Notes under the pieces: generated by a model
The model's input: only the letters and a program-made list of their open reading frames with translations
Databases searched by the model: none
What the model was told of the DNA's origin: nothing
NCBI GenBank assembly: GCA_013265495.1
Contig: MU057724.1
Location: forward strand, 434,001-496,000
Length of the DNA stretch: 62,000 nt
Origin: Vicugna vicugna
Taxonomy: Eukaryota
Reading direction: 5' to 3'
Program-made: the position numbers and the translations under genes
Shown: in pieces, positions 1 through 12,915 of the stretch
Layout: the number at the start of each line of letters is the position of its first letter
How positions within the stretch are numbered: position 1 is the stretch's first letter

Positions 1-1713
1 GTAAGGCATCTGGGTTGAAAACGAAACCAAAATAAAACCTAATTACCTTTTTCAGCAGTGGTCAGTATTATGTGTCCTGGAACAGGAACTTGGTTAGCAG
101 TGTTTTAGTTCCTCTGCTGCCTAGGAGGTTACTGTGCCATGCTCGGTGTGCCTCCAGGTCTTCTGAGCCTTACTTACCCATCCTCTCTGTGGGAAGTTCG
201 GGCAGTAGGATTTTGCTTGTTTTCTCCGTCTGCAGGATGGAGCTGTGTGGATGTGGGCAGACCTTGGGAGTAGCAGCAGAAGAGGTTTGCCACTCGTGTT
301 CTGACTGATGGTTCCGATGACCAGGTGAAGGCTATTTTACATGATGAACACGTGACAGAGGGTTGGGGTCCAAACCCTGCCTTGCCAGGTGGGAGGTTTA
401 ACCTCACATTAACGGTTATGCAGCCAGATAGCAGGCATGCTTCAAGCAGCATATTCTTTGTAAGTACCGTAAGTAGGCCATAGACTTTTCAGCCTAGTCA
501 CGGAATGCTACTGAAAAGTACAAGCAGTGCAGAGCTTGGTGTACTGTCTGTCATTCATGCTGTTGTCAGCTGCCGCCTGGATTATCAGTTGTGGTTTACT
601 AAACACGGTTGCTGTAAGTGACTGTTACCTGAGAGGATATAGTTAAGTTATTGAAAACTTTTTCATTTTGTAGAATGTTTACGCTACCAGAGGCGACCTG
701 GAGGGATGTTTACATTGTCTCCAGTTGCAGCTCCCGGAGGCATAGGAGAGCCTCACACACTCCAGTGAGTGGGTGGGTGAGTGGTCTCCGTCAGAGGAAG
801 ACCTCACATCTTCCCCGGGGTCCTCACTTCCCTCGGAAATCCGTGCTAGAGAAGAGCCAGAGGCTGCTGTAGTTGACTGACTTTCTTCCACTCCCTGGTT
901 TATTCTAAGGGAAACATTCCTTCTTAGTTCTGAAGTAGACGTTGTTAGCAGCTTTCCTGGAGAATTTAAGTAACTTGTGTGTTCCCCCTGGTTTGTCTGT
1001 CTCGTTGGGGTATCTGTAAGGTGTCCAGCAGGTTCTTTGGTGACAGCTTGTTGCATTTGAATGCACCTCCCTACATGGTTCTCTTCTCACCCCCCCACCC
1101 GCCGCCACTGCCCAGATGAAGGGGTATGTTCATGTCAGCAGCACCTGCTCAGGACGGGCCTGTAAATATTGACAGAGGCTGAAAGTAAGCATCTCCGTAA
1201 AGTCCCACGTATTTACTGAGTGCCTCTTGTGGTGCCATCATTTCTTACGGTACGGTTTCCATGTAAGTGAGTTAATAATAAGGAAACAGATGAGTTAAGT
1301 CAAATCTAGCTTTCCCCCTTTGTATATTACAATGTTCCACTCATAATTTTTCCTTTTAGTTTACTTTTCTGAAGTGAAACAGGACTAAAGGAGTATTTTG
1401 TGTTCAGATACGTTCATTGAATAAACTCAGGAAGTGGCCTGTGTTCTCCTTGTCCGAGTTGGTGCATGCACCGCCCGTCGACTGTAAGAATAGTTGCCGA
1501 GTGTGGGGGAGTGGCTGGGCAGGGTGGCTTTGGCTGTAACCTGGAGTCCCAGGAGCACAACTCGCAGTCTGCTGTAGTGATGCCTCCAAAACACGGGATG
1601 AAGTACTGTGCAATCCTCTAACCCAAAGGTTGTTCTACTTCAGAAGGCATAGCACACATGCTTCAGCTATACAGCATTTAACTTGAGATTTTTCTTCAGG
1701 TTTATCTTTTCTA

Positions 1714-1872
1714 CCATATTTCATCAATTCTAAAACATTTTAGTGTCTGAAATGAATTTGTGTCCTATAGTTTAATTGGCAGTGTTTTTAAAGTTTTTAA
1801 AATTATGATTAAAAAAGAAAATTAAAAAATTCATCATATAGTTGATGCCATCTAAGATTTGATGAAAAGCAA
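1714..1872. mobile_element. Tc1/mariner (Tc2-group) MITE, MER104/Kanga-like
   Basis: Imperfect terminal inverted repeats ccatatttcatcaattctaa ... tctaagatttgatgaaaagcaa, flanked by TA at 1712-1713 and 1873-1874. Confidence 0.55.
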
Positions 1873-2864
1873 TATTTAAAAATTATTAAAAAGCTGTCAG
1901 TGAGGTGAGTATATACCAGATTTTAAAATACTGGGTTTTACAAACATATTAACATGTCTTCTCGTTTATTAATTGAATATTAAGCAATTTGTTATAAATT
2001 TAAACTTAAATGTATTCCATTGAAATAATTTTTAACCTCAGTCATTTTTTGCAATATTCGTTTTAGAGACAAAAGTTAAAATTGCTGTACTTGATAAGCC
2101 TTCATATCAGAAGACCATTATATTCTGATTTTTTCTGTGAGTTATATGTGAATATGATTTTTATTATTAAATCAAAAATTGTATAAACTCACAGAATCTG
2201 AAGTTATAATTCGGTTGTGATCAATGTGTTGATGTAAGTCATACGCCTTCATGTCAGTAGTTGTATGTTCTTGACATTTCTGACATCATTTTCAGTGATG
2301 GTGTCTAGGTTAGGGTTGTAAGTGCTTTTTTGAAATAGTCAGTGGGGGTGATGGCCCAGTTAGGATTGTGGAACAGAATTTATTCTGAGTCAAGATCTGG
2401 GATGGGAATTAATGATTTCGGCATTGCTCCTTGACGGAGTGTTCACAGCCAACACTGGGAGTTCCTGGGTGTGCTGGGAGGGAGCGGTGTGTGCAGTCCA
2501 GGGTAGAGGGCGGTGCGGAGGCAGCACAGAACGCCGTCGTTGCTACTGGTACTACGCTGAAGTGTGCTGTTGCACGTGTGGATATCTTTATAAGGTAAAA
2601 AGGCCCAGTGAGTTTGCAGCATCAGTTGCAGGTTATCTTTGGGTCTATACTGAGGTATGTTGAAAGCTTTGGTAATTATGGTCAAGGGGTATGTGTTGCT
2701 AGCAGACCTGTTTTTTCATTTACACAGTTAATGTAATTCATGTACTTGAAGATGGTATTATATGCTGTTTTAAGCATGTGATGTGGTTCACTGAATGTAT
2801 GCCAGTGGGCCTCTTGCTGAACATTTTCGTCCTGATTACTTTTCCACCTATCCTTTACTCCTTC

Positions 2865-3260
2865 AGTTACCTACTGCTGTGTGAGAAATCACCTCAAAAC
2901 ATCGTGGCTTCAAACAGTCATTTATTCTTATGATTTGGGGGCTGACTGGGTGGTTCTGTGGGTCTCACATCACGTGACAGTGGGCTGGGCCTTTTGCCCA
3001 GGTGCCTCGGCTCTGTCCTCGTGGCTGCTCTAGGGGACCTGTTTGGACTTCCCTCACCTCGTGACGGTGTCTGGGTGGTCAGACTTGTGTATGGTGGTTG
3101 GCTTCCAAGAGGACCAAACAGAAGCTACCAGGCCTCCAAAAAGGCTCGTCCCAGAACCGCACCAGCATCCCTGGTGCCACGTGCTGTCAGAACAAGTGTC
3201 ATGACCAGCCCAGATTCCCATGCAGGGAAGTGGCCTGTCTCTGGTTGGGGGGGGGCTCGT
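2865..3260 (-). mobile_element. MaLR LTR (old MLT1 family) remnant
   Basis: Begins with the MLT1-type antisense motif 'actgctgtgtgagaaatcacctcaaaacatcgtggcttcaaacagtcatttatt' and ends near 'gaccagcccagattc'. Confidence 0.5.
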
Positions 3261-3402
3261 GCCTCGAGGCAGGAGGGTTCACGGCCGGCTCCAGTGGCCC
3301 TTTGCGCTCCTCGCGCTTTGTTCTGGGGGCGATTTCAGCCAAACTATATGAATGTTTAAAAATTCTACAAAACCCCCACAAAAAACAAAAAAGCAAGAAA
3401 GA

Positions 3403-3533
3403 GGGGAGGGCATAGCTCCAGGGGTAGAGCACATGCCTAGCTTGCACGAGGTCCTGGGTTCAATCCCAGTGCCTCCTCCAAATGTAAATAAACAAACAAA
3501 CCTAATCAACCCCCCATAAAAACAAAAATAAAC
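3403..3533 (+). mobile_element. tRNA-derived SINE (camelid Vic-type)
   Basis: Head GGGGAGGGCATAGCTCCAGGGGTAGAG (A box), B box GGTTCAATCCC, and an A-rich tail 'taaataaacaaacaaacctaatcaacccccc-An'. Confidence 0.85.
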
Positions 3534-4779
3534 AAAAATTCTAGTTATATTTTGTCAAAGTACCTCTTCAGCAAGATACGATCAGTTTCCAGTGATGCAT
3601 ATTGGTGGATAAATACAGTTTTCCACTTTTTCCGTGACTGTTTACCATGTTCTTACTTCTATGGAACTGTAATAATGTTATATTGTGTTAGTCTGCATGT
3701 TTTTAAAATTTTCTCGTTGGGTTAGCAGCTGTATTTCATGTTTGTCTATGAAGTACGTATTACCCACTTACTGCTTGTCCGGTGGAGCTGGTTATTGACC
3801 TTATAGGGTTTTAGTGGTTTAAAAATCAGCTTAAAAGTTTTATACTTACATTTACTACTTTTCCTCCTTTGCTTTTTTTTTAAAAAAAACTTCTTAGGAC
3901 AGGATCATGTCTCACATTCTGAAGTGGTCCAACACGGAGCTGAAAAACCCTGAGTCTGGAAGGAGCTTTAGGAATAGCCTGGCGCACCGAGGAGTCTGAA
4001 CCCAGAGAGGGAGGGCAGAGGCCTGGCAGCAGGCTTCCTTCCTTCGCCCCAGCCCAGGGGACTCCCCTCCTGAAGATGGGCTTTTGCGTGTTGCTCATAA
4101 GCCAGGTTGGGGTGGACAGGAGGTCCCTCGTGTCGCTCAGCTAGTCCCACATTTTACATCACAGTGTGCAGAGTGTAAGAAGAAACCACTGTTTGCCCAG
4201 GGTCATCTGTCTGGTTTTGTGGTAGAGCAGAACTACTACTTCATAGAAGTTTCGTGTTGCCTTTTTCATCTAAGCATTTCTAGTGCTCTGATTTTTGTCC
4301 TGCAGCCCTGATGCACACGCAGGCTCTGTCAGTGCCAGGCCTCCGGCCTCGCACAGGTCCTGGCTAGTAGCTGGTGTTTAATTTTGGTTATTGGAAAGAA
4401 ATAAAGAAAATCACAGAATATAATGAACCACATTTTCCTTGGTTAAGGCATTTAAGCTTTCTTCCCTGATTGCTCTCTGTCACAACAATAATCTTCTTGC
4501 TTTGTTGCCTCAGCTCCTCGAGGTCTGTGCTTCAGACCCCCCTGCATCCTCATGGCTGCAGGTACCCTCTGAATTTGAAGGCACACCTGTCCTTCAGGCA
4601 GTTCTGGCTCTTTGCTCATTATACTCAACGGCCGTCTCCAAACACTGCCTACCGTTCTCTCCCTCGTTTTGGAACTATCCTTCCTTTTCTGTTCAAAAGG
4701 AAGATACTAAACACTAGAAAAATGCATAGAAACACATGCACCCACCCCCGAGCTCTCTCAAATGCTAATAAATTATTCT

Positions 4780-4914
4780 GTTTTTTTGGCGGGGGGGGGT
4801 GGGTAATTTGGTTTGTTTATTTAAATTTTTTTTAATGGAGGTTCTGGGGATTGAACCCAGGACTTCGTGCATGCTAAGCGTGCCCTCTACCACTTGAGCT
4901 GTACCCTCCCCCCC
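4780..4914 (-). mobile_element. tRNA-derived SINE (camelid Vic-type), full length with TSD
   Basis: The reverse complement reads GGGGAGGGTACAGCTCAAGTGGTAGAG...GGTTCAATCCCC. A perfect 13-bp TSD AATAAATTATTCT lies at 4767-4779 and 4915-4927. Confidence 0.9.
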
Positions 4915-6059
4915 AATAAATTATTCTTGCTTCAGGTGGTTTTTCTTGAGAAAACATTAGTGATACCCTTCCAAGGACACCTAGGCCCCTCCCTCTTTGC
5001 CCAGAGGCGATCACTGCCCTGGCTTTGGAGTATATTCCACAAACGTCTTTGTGCTTTGGCTACTTAGCAAGACTGAAACCATGCACCCATTAAACACCAC
5101 GTTTTAACATTTTAGCGCTGACGGTGCTTGTAGCTCTGCCGCTCTCACTTCGCCTGCAGCACTGGTCTGTCGTGGGTTACACTGTGCTGTGCTTGGGGGG
5201 TTTCTAATTTTTCACTGTGGGAGGCCCCCCCCCCACAGCTGTCCTGGCATCTCCGCGTGTCACCGCTGTCCTCCCAGAGCAGCTGTGCAGCTCTTCTGCC
5301 CGCCGAGATGGGCAAGCCGCCGCCTCTGCTGCTTCGCCTGCCAGTCTGGTGGGTGTCACTGCAGTGGGATTCATGTCTCCCTGCGTACTGTTGAGGCTTC
5401 TGTTCTTCATGTTGCATGTGAAGAGTCCCCTCCTCAAGGAGAACTTCCCTGTCCCTTCTTTTGGGGTTGTTGGTCCTTTCTAGGAGCTCCCAGAGGGTTT
5501 CTCACGTTGCGTTGTGCTGTCTCTAACCGTCCTCTCCGCCTGGTGTCAAGTGCCTGGCACGGTGACTGCATCTGGTGGTAGTCAGAGGTTTACTGAGTGA
5601 AGAGGTGAGTTAAATGTGCATGTCCGTGGATGTGGCCAAATCAGGTTTCCCCGTGCTTTGCTGCCTAATGTGTGTGTGTTCCTCTGTGTGTAGTGTTTTT
5701 GTAATTTTGTTTCATCCCATTAAGGAAGAGAAGAATGTTAAAACCAAACAAATATTTGAGTGTTAACTTTCCGAAAAATTAGAAGGTATTATTCACAGAG
5801 CTCTTTTATACAAGCTTCTGTTAATACATGATTTTAAGCACTGCAAAGTCAGAGAGTAAGTCCCTATTTCTTGGACTTTTAAAATTTTGAAACTTTCTTT
5901 ACGGTGTTTTTCTTTATATAGTGTGTTTCACCAATGAGTATTTTTTGAAATATATGTATTTTAGGTTGTGCACGTTTTGTTGTCTCCCTGTTGTCTCCCT
6001 GCTTTTTTACTTTCTGAAAGATGCAGTGTACAGTAATGGAAAGAATTGTCCCATGTTGT

Positions 6060-6225
6060 GGAATATGAGTTCACTTGTGACTCAGTACTAGGTTGCCATG
6101 ATCTTGAATGGGTTACTTCATGTCTTGGGTCTTTGTAAAATGTAGATACATCTGCTCTTCATACCTCAAAAGATTTTTCCTTTATTCAGATAGCTGAGTG
6201 TATGAAGAAGTACTTTGAAAAAATA
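6060..6225 (+). mobile_element. MIR SINE remnant
   Basis: MIR-core-like 'gatcttgaatgggttacttcatgtcttgggtctttgtaaaatg ... tatgaagaagtactttg'. Confidence 0.45.
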
Positions 6226-7679
6226 TAAAATGATGGTTATATTACGTCCCTGAACAGGAGTGTTTTGCTTTGAGCACATCAGTATGTGACATACGGAAAG
6301 GTTCTTTCTAAGAGCATTCAGATTAATTTTGTGAAGCTGCCCCCACAGCTGGTCAGGATGTGTTCTTGTCCCGTTAGATTTGTAGGGGTTGGGGGTGTTT
6401 TAGCAGGAGCCAGAGAAATGAGTGCCGTCCAGGACTGGCTCCGTGCATTGAGTGCAGAGCAATGGCTGGGAGCTTGGGCTTTGGAAGTGCCTCCCCCACT
6501 CACTCTCTGTGACGTTAGGTTGAACCTTGTGAAATCACTTTCTGTTGGTTAAAAAGATGCGTGAATATCAGCAGTTTGGTCATAAGGTTCAACCTAGTAA
6601 TTTAAGCCTTAATTTTCTTAGTGAAATGATGATGTTAGAACAAAATTTACATGATGAGATTTAATACTTCTCCCTGTGAAGCTTTTAGCGAGTGTCTGTC
6701 TTTAGGAGATGCTCAATAAATAAAGTTTTAACTAAGCTAGCCTGTTGGGGGTTTGAGGGGTCTTAGAATTCCCAGAGGGAGCAGGAACCAGGAACTCAAG
6801 TTACAGGTGGGACTTCTCAGGGGTTCCATCCTAACAGTGTGCCCTCAGGTATGTGGAAGGGCAGCAGAAGCCCATGTGCCTAAGAGAACTCCGCAGGGGC
6901 AGGTAAGCCGGGGGCCCCAGAAGCTCTCCTCCTTAACACCACAGCCACCCCGGGCAGCGGGGTGAGGGGAGAGGGACCCATGGCCAGCGGGGCTCACGAG
7001 GACCAGCTGAGCAGGGCTGGGGAACAGAGAAGGTGGGGGAAAGGCACTCCATCCCTGTAGGTGTTGTCCTTGAAGTTTTGAGCAGGTGAAGAGGAAGTTA
7101 CAAAATTATGAGTCATGATCTCATTCTGCGAAAAAACATAGAAATCATGTGTTTTTATGTATGGGAAGTAACCTGAAAAGAAATACGCTAAAACGTTAAT
7201 AATTATTTCTAAGTGTTTCTGGGTTTTGTATCCCAGATAGTTCGCTGTTATTTGGAACTAGAATTCACCTGGACCTCTCTCTCTCTCTTTTTTTTTTTTT
7301 AGTGTTATTTCGGAACTTTCTTAATTTAGATGATTAATTGCAAACTGATACTAAATTTGCTTTCATTTCTTATGTTTCTGTGAGTAGATTGACAGATATA
7401 TTACTTTTTATGGTCTTATTTATGCTTTTTCCCCTGTAACTGAAAAAGGTAAAAATTTATGAATTAAAAATGGGAAGTCCTTATTCTTGTTAAATACAGC
7501 ATTTCAGAAGACTCATACTAGTTTTTGGGTGGCAGTCTTTATGCCTTTGTTTCTGGTATCGTGGGAATTAAGGGCGCATGATTAGGAATCTGACAGCCTT
7601 CAGATTAATGAAAAACGAATCACTTTCTAGGTTATTTGCATTCAGAGTCTTGCTTTTGAATGTTGTCTTCGGTCTCCTC

Positions 7680-7817
7680 CCGTGGGTGGGGGCCCCCTGC
7701 GATGTGGAGGGAGGGGCCTGGTTGGTGGGTGGCTGGGGGCGTGGGTTTCCATGGGTGGGGGCCCCCTGCGATGTGGAGGGGGGGACCTGGTTGGTGGGCG
7801 GCTGGGGGCGTGGGTTT
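7680..7817. repeat. Tandem duplication, 2 x 69 bp, G-rich
   Basis: The unit tgggtgggggccccctgcgatgtggaggg...ggctgggggcgtgggttt starts at 7683 and again at 7752, with few mismatches. Confidence 0.9.
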
Positions 7818-8996
7818 TGGGCTTGGCTTGTCAACCAACTAGTAGTGAAGTGGCTTTAGGGTTGATAACCCCCTTCCTCTAAAGTGTTAGATGTTCCACT
7901 GGATGATCTCTGAGGTTCTTCTGGGCCTAAAAAATTGACAAAATTTTAAGGGTTTCATCTTTTAGGAAGGAGTGGTATCTGGGCTACTTTTTTTTCTTTA
8001 AATGAAGATCCCAGACTAACGGGATTAAAGTCTTTGACGCTGTTAAACAGCATCAGTAATGAGCAGCACACCCACATCTCCGCACACAGGAAAGGGCTCA
8101 GGTGGCCGCGATCCTGGGGCAGCGTGGCGCACACGTCGCTTTCACGGACCAGCAGCCCCACCTGGTGGCTTTTTCTCTTCACAGACATCGGTGTTGGGTG
8201 AGATGCAGCCAGTGCCCATCCCTGAGCTTGGAAATAGAGCTCCCTGATTTTTGTTCGTTTGTTTTGAGTCTTATTCTTTAAAAACAAAATAGTCTTAGCT
8301 GCCATAACCTTTCAAATGTTAGCATCGCCAATAATTGTTCTATTAATCTTAGAACTGTTTCCCCAAAGTGCTGTGCAGAGAAGTGGTGAAAAGTTGAGCA
8401 GTTGCTAGGTGTGTCGCTTTTATGGCACTTACGTAAAAAGAAACGTTAATTTGCATTGTTTGCTTTGTAGTTCTGGAAGCTCATAAAGGTCGCCTGACTG
8501 AGTTGTTTATAAAAAGGAGGCAACGAAGTTCTACACAGATGGAGGGTTTTTCTCGGGGAGCGACTTCATGATGGGAAGGGGAGTCACACTCCTTCAACAT
8601 TAGTACTCAGCAGCAGGGTGTGTGGAGGCCGAGACCGCACACCCCGGGAAGAGCGCTTGCCCAGGGCTGTGCGGAGAGGGATCTGCCGCTTGGAGTGACG
8701 TGTCAGGGCCGGCCCTCAGGGTGGTGCGGGGAGCTCGGACTCTCACAGCTTAGACGGAGGAGAGTAGGAGTTGATATGCAACCTGCTTAACATGGATACT
8801 GAAACGAGCATTTCACAGTCAGCATTTATTCTGTTTCAGATGGATTGCCTTGTTTAAGTGATCTGTGAGGTAGAAACTGCTTTCTCTCCCTGTGTAGAAG
8901 AGAAACCTGTGCTGGTCCCAAGTCGGGGCAGCAGCACCAGGAGCTGGACGGGTCAGTCTGCTTCCTGGCCTGGGCCTCGTGCACTTTCTATGTGAC

Positions 8997-9125
8997 AATG
9001 GTTAACAGAGTGATTTGGGTCTAGAACAGGGTTTTGATACTGGATTTGCCACTTACAGCTGTGCGACCTTGGGAAGGTCACTTAACTCCTTTAAACTTCA
9101 GTTTTCACAACTGTAAACTGGGTGC
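8997..9125 (+). mobile_element. MIR SINE remnant
   Basis: 'gccacttacagctgtgcgaccttgggaaggtcacttaactcctttaaacttcagttttcacaactgtaaactggg' matches the MIR core. Confidence 0.7.
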
Positions 9126-9743
9126 TTTTCAAATGGGGTAGTTTATTTAAAATAGCACACAGTGTACAGTAAACGAGTCTGGGGAAACATCGACCAGGAA
9201 GTTACACCCCCTGGAAGTGGGTTCTCCAGGCGGGAAGGGAGCTGCTGGCAGGGCAGGCGGGACCAGGGCGCCGGCGAGAGACCACGGTGGGGCTGCTGCT
9301 GGAAGACAGTGTTTCTCAGTGCATTTCTAAAGGTGGGTGGGGTATAAGTCTACTCTCCAAACATCACTGGAGGGGATACATAAATGAAATGGAGCTTTTA
9401 TGAGCTTTCTCGTCACGCAGTGCTCTTGGCTAGGAACAGAAATCTCGGGTATGGAAAGTAATCACAACGATCCCTAATGGTTGGTACATGTTAGTATAAA
9501 GCTGATTATCAGGCGTTCACGTGCATGGTCTGTACTGCTGTTAACGTAAGCAGTGTTTTCTCTAGTGCTTCCATTTTGAAGGGCCTTTAGATTCAGCATT
9601 TTCTGGGGCACAATGCTTTTTAAAGGGAATTTTGTCTTGGGGAAATACTTTGTAAAGGTTAATTTGGGAAAAGCTGGATTTGAAAATGTGTAGCCCTGAT
9701 AATTACGAGATTTTTACATTTACACTGACGTTCTCTTGTATAG

Positions 9744-9892
9744 GAGTTAAAGTTCCTCGTAATTTTCGCTTGTTGGAAGAACTTGAAGAAGGACAAAAAG
9801 GAGTAGGCGATGGTACGGTTAGCTGGGGCCTCGAAGATGACGAAGACATGACACTTACCAGGTGGACAGGCATGATTATTGGGCCACCAAGG
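9744..9892 (+). CDS. UBE2V2: UBE2V2 (MMS2, ubiquitin-conjugating enzyme E2 variant 2) coding exon 2
   Basis: Acceptor ttctcttgtatAG ends at 9743 and donor GTCAGT starts at 9893. The 149 nt encode (G)[49 protein letters not shown], the N-terminal UEV domain of UBE2V2. The exon starts in phase 1, consistent with a short MAVST-G first exon upstream of the window. Confidence 0.97.
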
Positions 9893-12334
9893 GTCAGTGC
9901 TGGAAATTACGTATTTTTCTATTACTATTTATTGTTGCTTTAGAGTAAGCATTTTGCTTTGTGCTGTTGATACTAAAATAAACATGATAACCTGTCACTG
10001 GATAATCCCTCACTTGTTGTGTACTTTGTATGCGTTTGCTGGCACTTCCTCTGGAGAGTGTGGTGTGTGATTTTCTGGAGGCCTGGGGGGTGGGGGGTTG
10101 GTCCCCACTGTCAGAGCTTATGGTCTGTAGAAGAGAAGAACTGAATACGGAGGACAGAGTCTGACCTTGGCGGACAAAGTGCACTGTGGGACTTCAGAGT
10201 GTGTTTCTTCTAGCTGGAATAATTCAGCAAGGCTGGACAGTGGAGGAAGTTGCCTTTGGAGTGAGCCTTAAAGGACTGGCTGGTAGGATTTCAGATGGGG
10301 GTGGAGAACATTCCAGATAGAGAGGAGAAAAGGTGAGGAGACGAGGGTCTCTGGGAAGAGCAAACCACATATTCCGACACGACGTGTTACTAACCCGCTG
10401 TGCGGGCACCAGGGTGTCTGAGTGGGTTTGTGTCTCGTGCACAGCGCCCTCGGCCACTGACAGCGGACTCGCCTGTGCGCGTTCTGGCTCTGAACTCTCT
10501 TCATCTGTGGAATTTAGGAAAGGCTGATTCTTTCTTACTTCCTAGCATTGTTGGCAGCAGACCTGTTGTCTTTTACGCTTAGGTCTTTCTCAAGCTTATG
10601 ACTGACTTTTTTACGCAGTCTTTTTCAGATTGAGCAGCTTTTTCCGACATTGCTTTCCTTTTTCAGGGGCCCGTTTACTGCACACCTTGCAGTGAGTCTT
10701 TGAAATAATGTCTTTTTGTGATGTTTTTTACTTGTTGGAACACAATTTGAAGTTCTTTTTAAGTTTTTGGTTTTGTGTACTGTTTGCTGCCTGTGTTGGG
10801 AGCATTTCAGCTGTTTTGCTGCTGGGTGTGATTTAGACTTCCTCTTGATTTTTACGAAAGAAAAATGGCCAGGTAATTAGCAATGTTAACTTCACAGAAT
10901 CAGTTAATGTATGTTTTATATTTTCTGGTATTCCTTTGCAAAATTTGCGCACTCAACCAGACTAACAAACTCTCTCTTCCTCCCACGGCTCTCATTTTTC
11001 CATGAGACATGTGAGGAAGGAAATATAATACTGGTGGTTAGAATTCTTGATGTTTTATAAATTGGTATTTGTAATGAAAACCTTGATTTTCACTGCCTGT
11101 GAACATCATCACCATGGTCTGGTAAAAGGGAAAAAAAGGTGCTTATAATTTATGAATATTCTTACTTAATGAATAACTTGAAGTTGGACAGTCTCAACCT
11201 GGCGGAGTATAAATTTGAAATTACTTAGATTTAGTTTTTCTCCAGCCATTACCTCTGGTGGACTTTAAACTTTGAGTGTTTTGTGTACGAGTGTCTCTGA
11301 TTTTGTGGGCTGTCCCACAGCCTAAGTCCCAGATGTCTCTCACTCAGTTGGGGTCACCAGCAGAACCCCCGAGCTGGCCACCTGTTCTGGTGTCACTGAG
11401 CATAGGAAGCTCCTGGGTCCCACTGTGCCAGTAGGGGCCAGGGCTGTTGTAGCATAGGGTTGGGGATGGGTCTGTTCCCCGGGGCCCGAGACAGGATACT
11501 CCTGGCTGCCGCCCCCCTGGGGCTTCCCTTGCTGGGGCCTCCTCTCTCTGGGTGGGGGATGGTAGTCTTGGGGCACCCCTCTTCCTGTGGTGCAGGAGGA
11601 GGCAGGAGGGCACAGCTGGAGAGACCCTGCACCCTTCCGGCCACACTGGCCCCTGCCCGACATCTCTGCTTCGTGTCACCCCCAGTGAGGCACGTGGGGC
11701 TGGGCCAAGGTGAGTGGTCCCAGCGCTCACCCAGCTGCCTTTTACCGAGGCCTGCAGGGGCCGCACTTCGGCTTGGTTGTTGTTTCCTTCCGAAGGTGCC
11801 AGAACATTTAGGACGGTTTTGTCCCCAGCTTCAGGTATCTACGCCCAGTTAGGATAGTAGAATCCTCAACCTTAACATTGTTACTTGGTTAGTTGTTTCT
11901 CACTTTTCACGTGTTATGAGGATATCAGTTTTTAATGTTATTCTAGTATATATTTGGATTTATGTAATTGGCAGTTTTGTTTTTCCATATGTTTGTTTGT
12001 TAAATTTTCTAAAGCAATATTTTTAGCATCAGAGGTTTAGTAACTTGCCCAAGTTTCCTTACATGTAACTGGAGGTGCTAGACCTGTCTGTAGACGTTGA
12101 GAGAATTAAATGAATTAATAATTAGACAATAGGAGAGTATCTGACTACAGTGCATAGTTAATAAACATTAGTTCCTTTTACTACTCTCTTTTCTGTGTTA
12201 TCTTTCTCTTTCGTTAAATTACAGAAAGACTTGGCTGTTAATGTAAAATTCAGAGGCGATAAAATTAATCCAAGGTGTCAAAAGTTAGGATGTTTAAGCG
12301 TTGTAGGCTAAGTTAGAGGTTTTCTATTTGGAAA

Positions 12335-12915
12335 AAAAATGGAGGTATAATTTACATACAGTGAAATGCGTAGATCTTACGTGAGTTTGGACAAATGCAC
12401 CTTGTTACTACCCACGCCCCTATCAAGATACAGAGTGTTCTTGTCACCCCAGAAATTCCCTGCACCCCCACCCCCGCTGCTTCCTGTGCCCCAGGGTAGT
12501 CTTCCCTGGTGCAGGACTTGGTGGGGGTCGTGCCGCCTGTGTGCTTACAATCTGCTGCTTCAGACTCAGTGGGACGCCTCAGGTTCAGCTCTGTTCCCAC
12601 ACAGGATGTGGCAGCGTGTTTCCTTTGATCACTGAGTGGTATCTCACAGTGTGGCTGCACCATTGTGTGCTTATCAGTCCTGTTCACGATACTCTCCAAA
12701 TAAAGCTGCCATGATCACAAGTCTTCTTGTGAACCTAGGTTTGTTTCCATGTCTCTTGGATAAAATGCCTGGGATTGGAATTGCCACATCGTAGGGAGGT
12801 GTATGCTTATTTTTCTTGGTACGAGATGCCAGATTGTTCCCAGAATGGTTATACCACTCTGTACACCCAACAAAATGTGAGAGTTCTGATGGCTTCTGTG
12901 TACGTTGAGTATTTC
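12335..12915 (-). mobile_element. Ancient LINE-1 3' fragment (L1MB/L1ME-like)
   Basis: Antisense L1 3'-end motifs 'gaggtataatttacatacagtgaaatgc' and 'gccagattgttcccagaatggttataccactctgtacaccca'. Confidence 0.7.

Noticed and set aside
1..6. GTAAGG at the window start as the UBE2V2 exon 1 donor
   Set aside because: The upstream exon is not visible and no CpG-island sequence follows; probably a coincidence of the window boundary.
3403..3480. tRNA gene (A and B boxes present; also at 4840-4914 and 33021-33095)
   Set aside because: A-rich tails, TSDs and divergence show these are tRNA-derived SINEs, not tRNA genes.
9680..9943. 87-aa ORF containing the UBE2V2 peptide as a stand-alone gene
   Set aside because: Only 9744-9892 is exon. 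The flanking codons are intronic read-through and the ORF start is a TTG.
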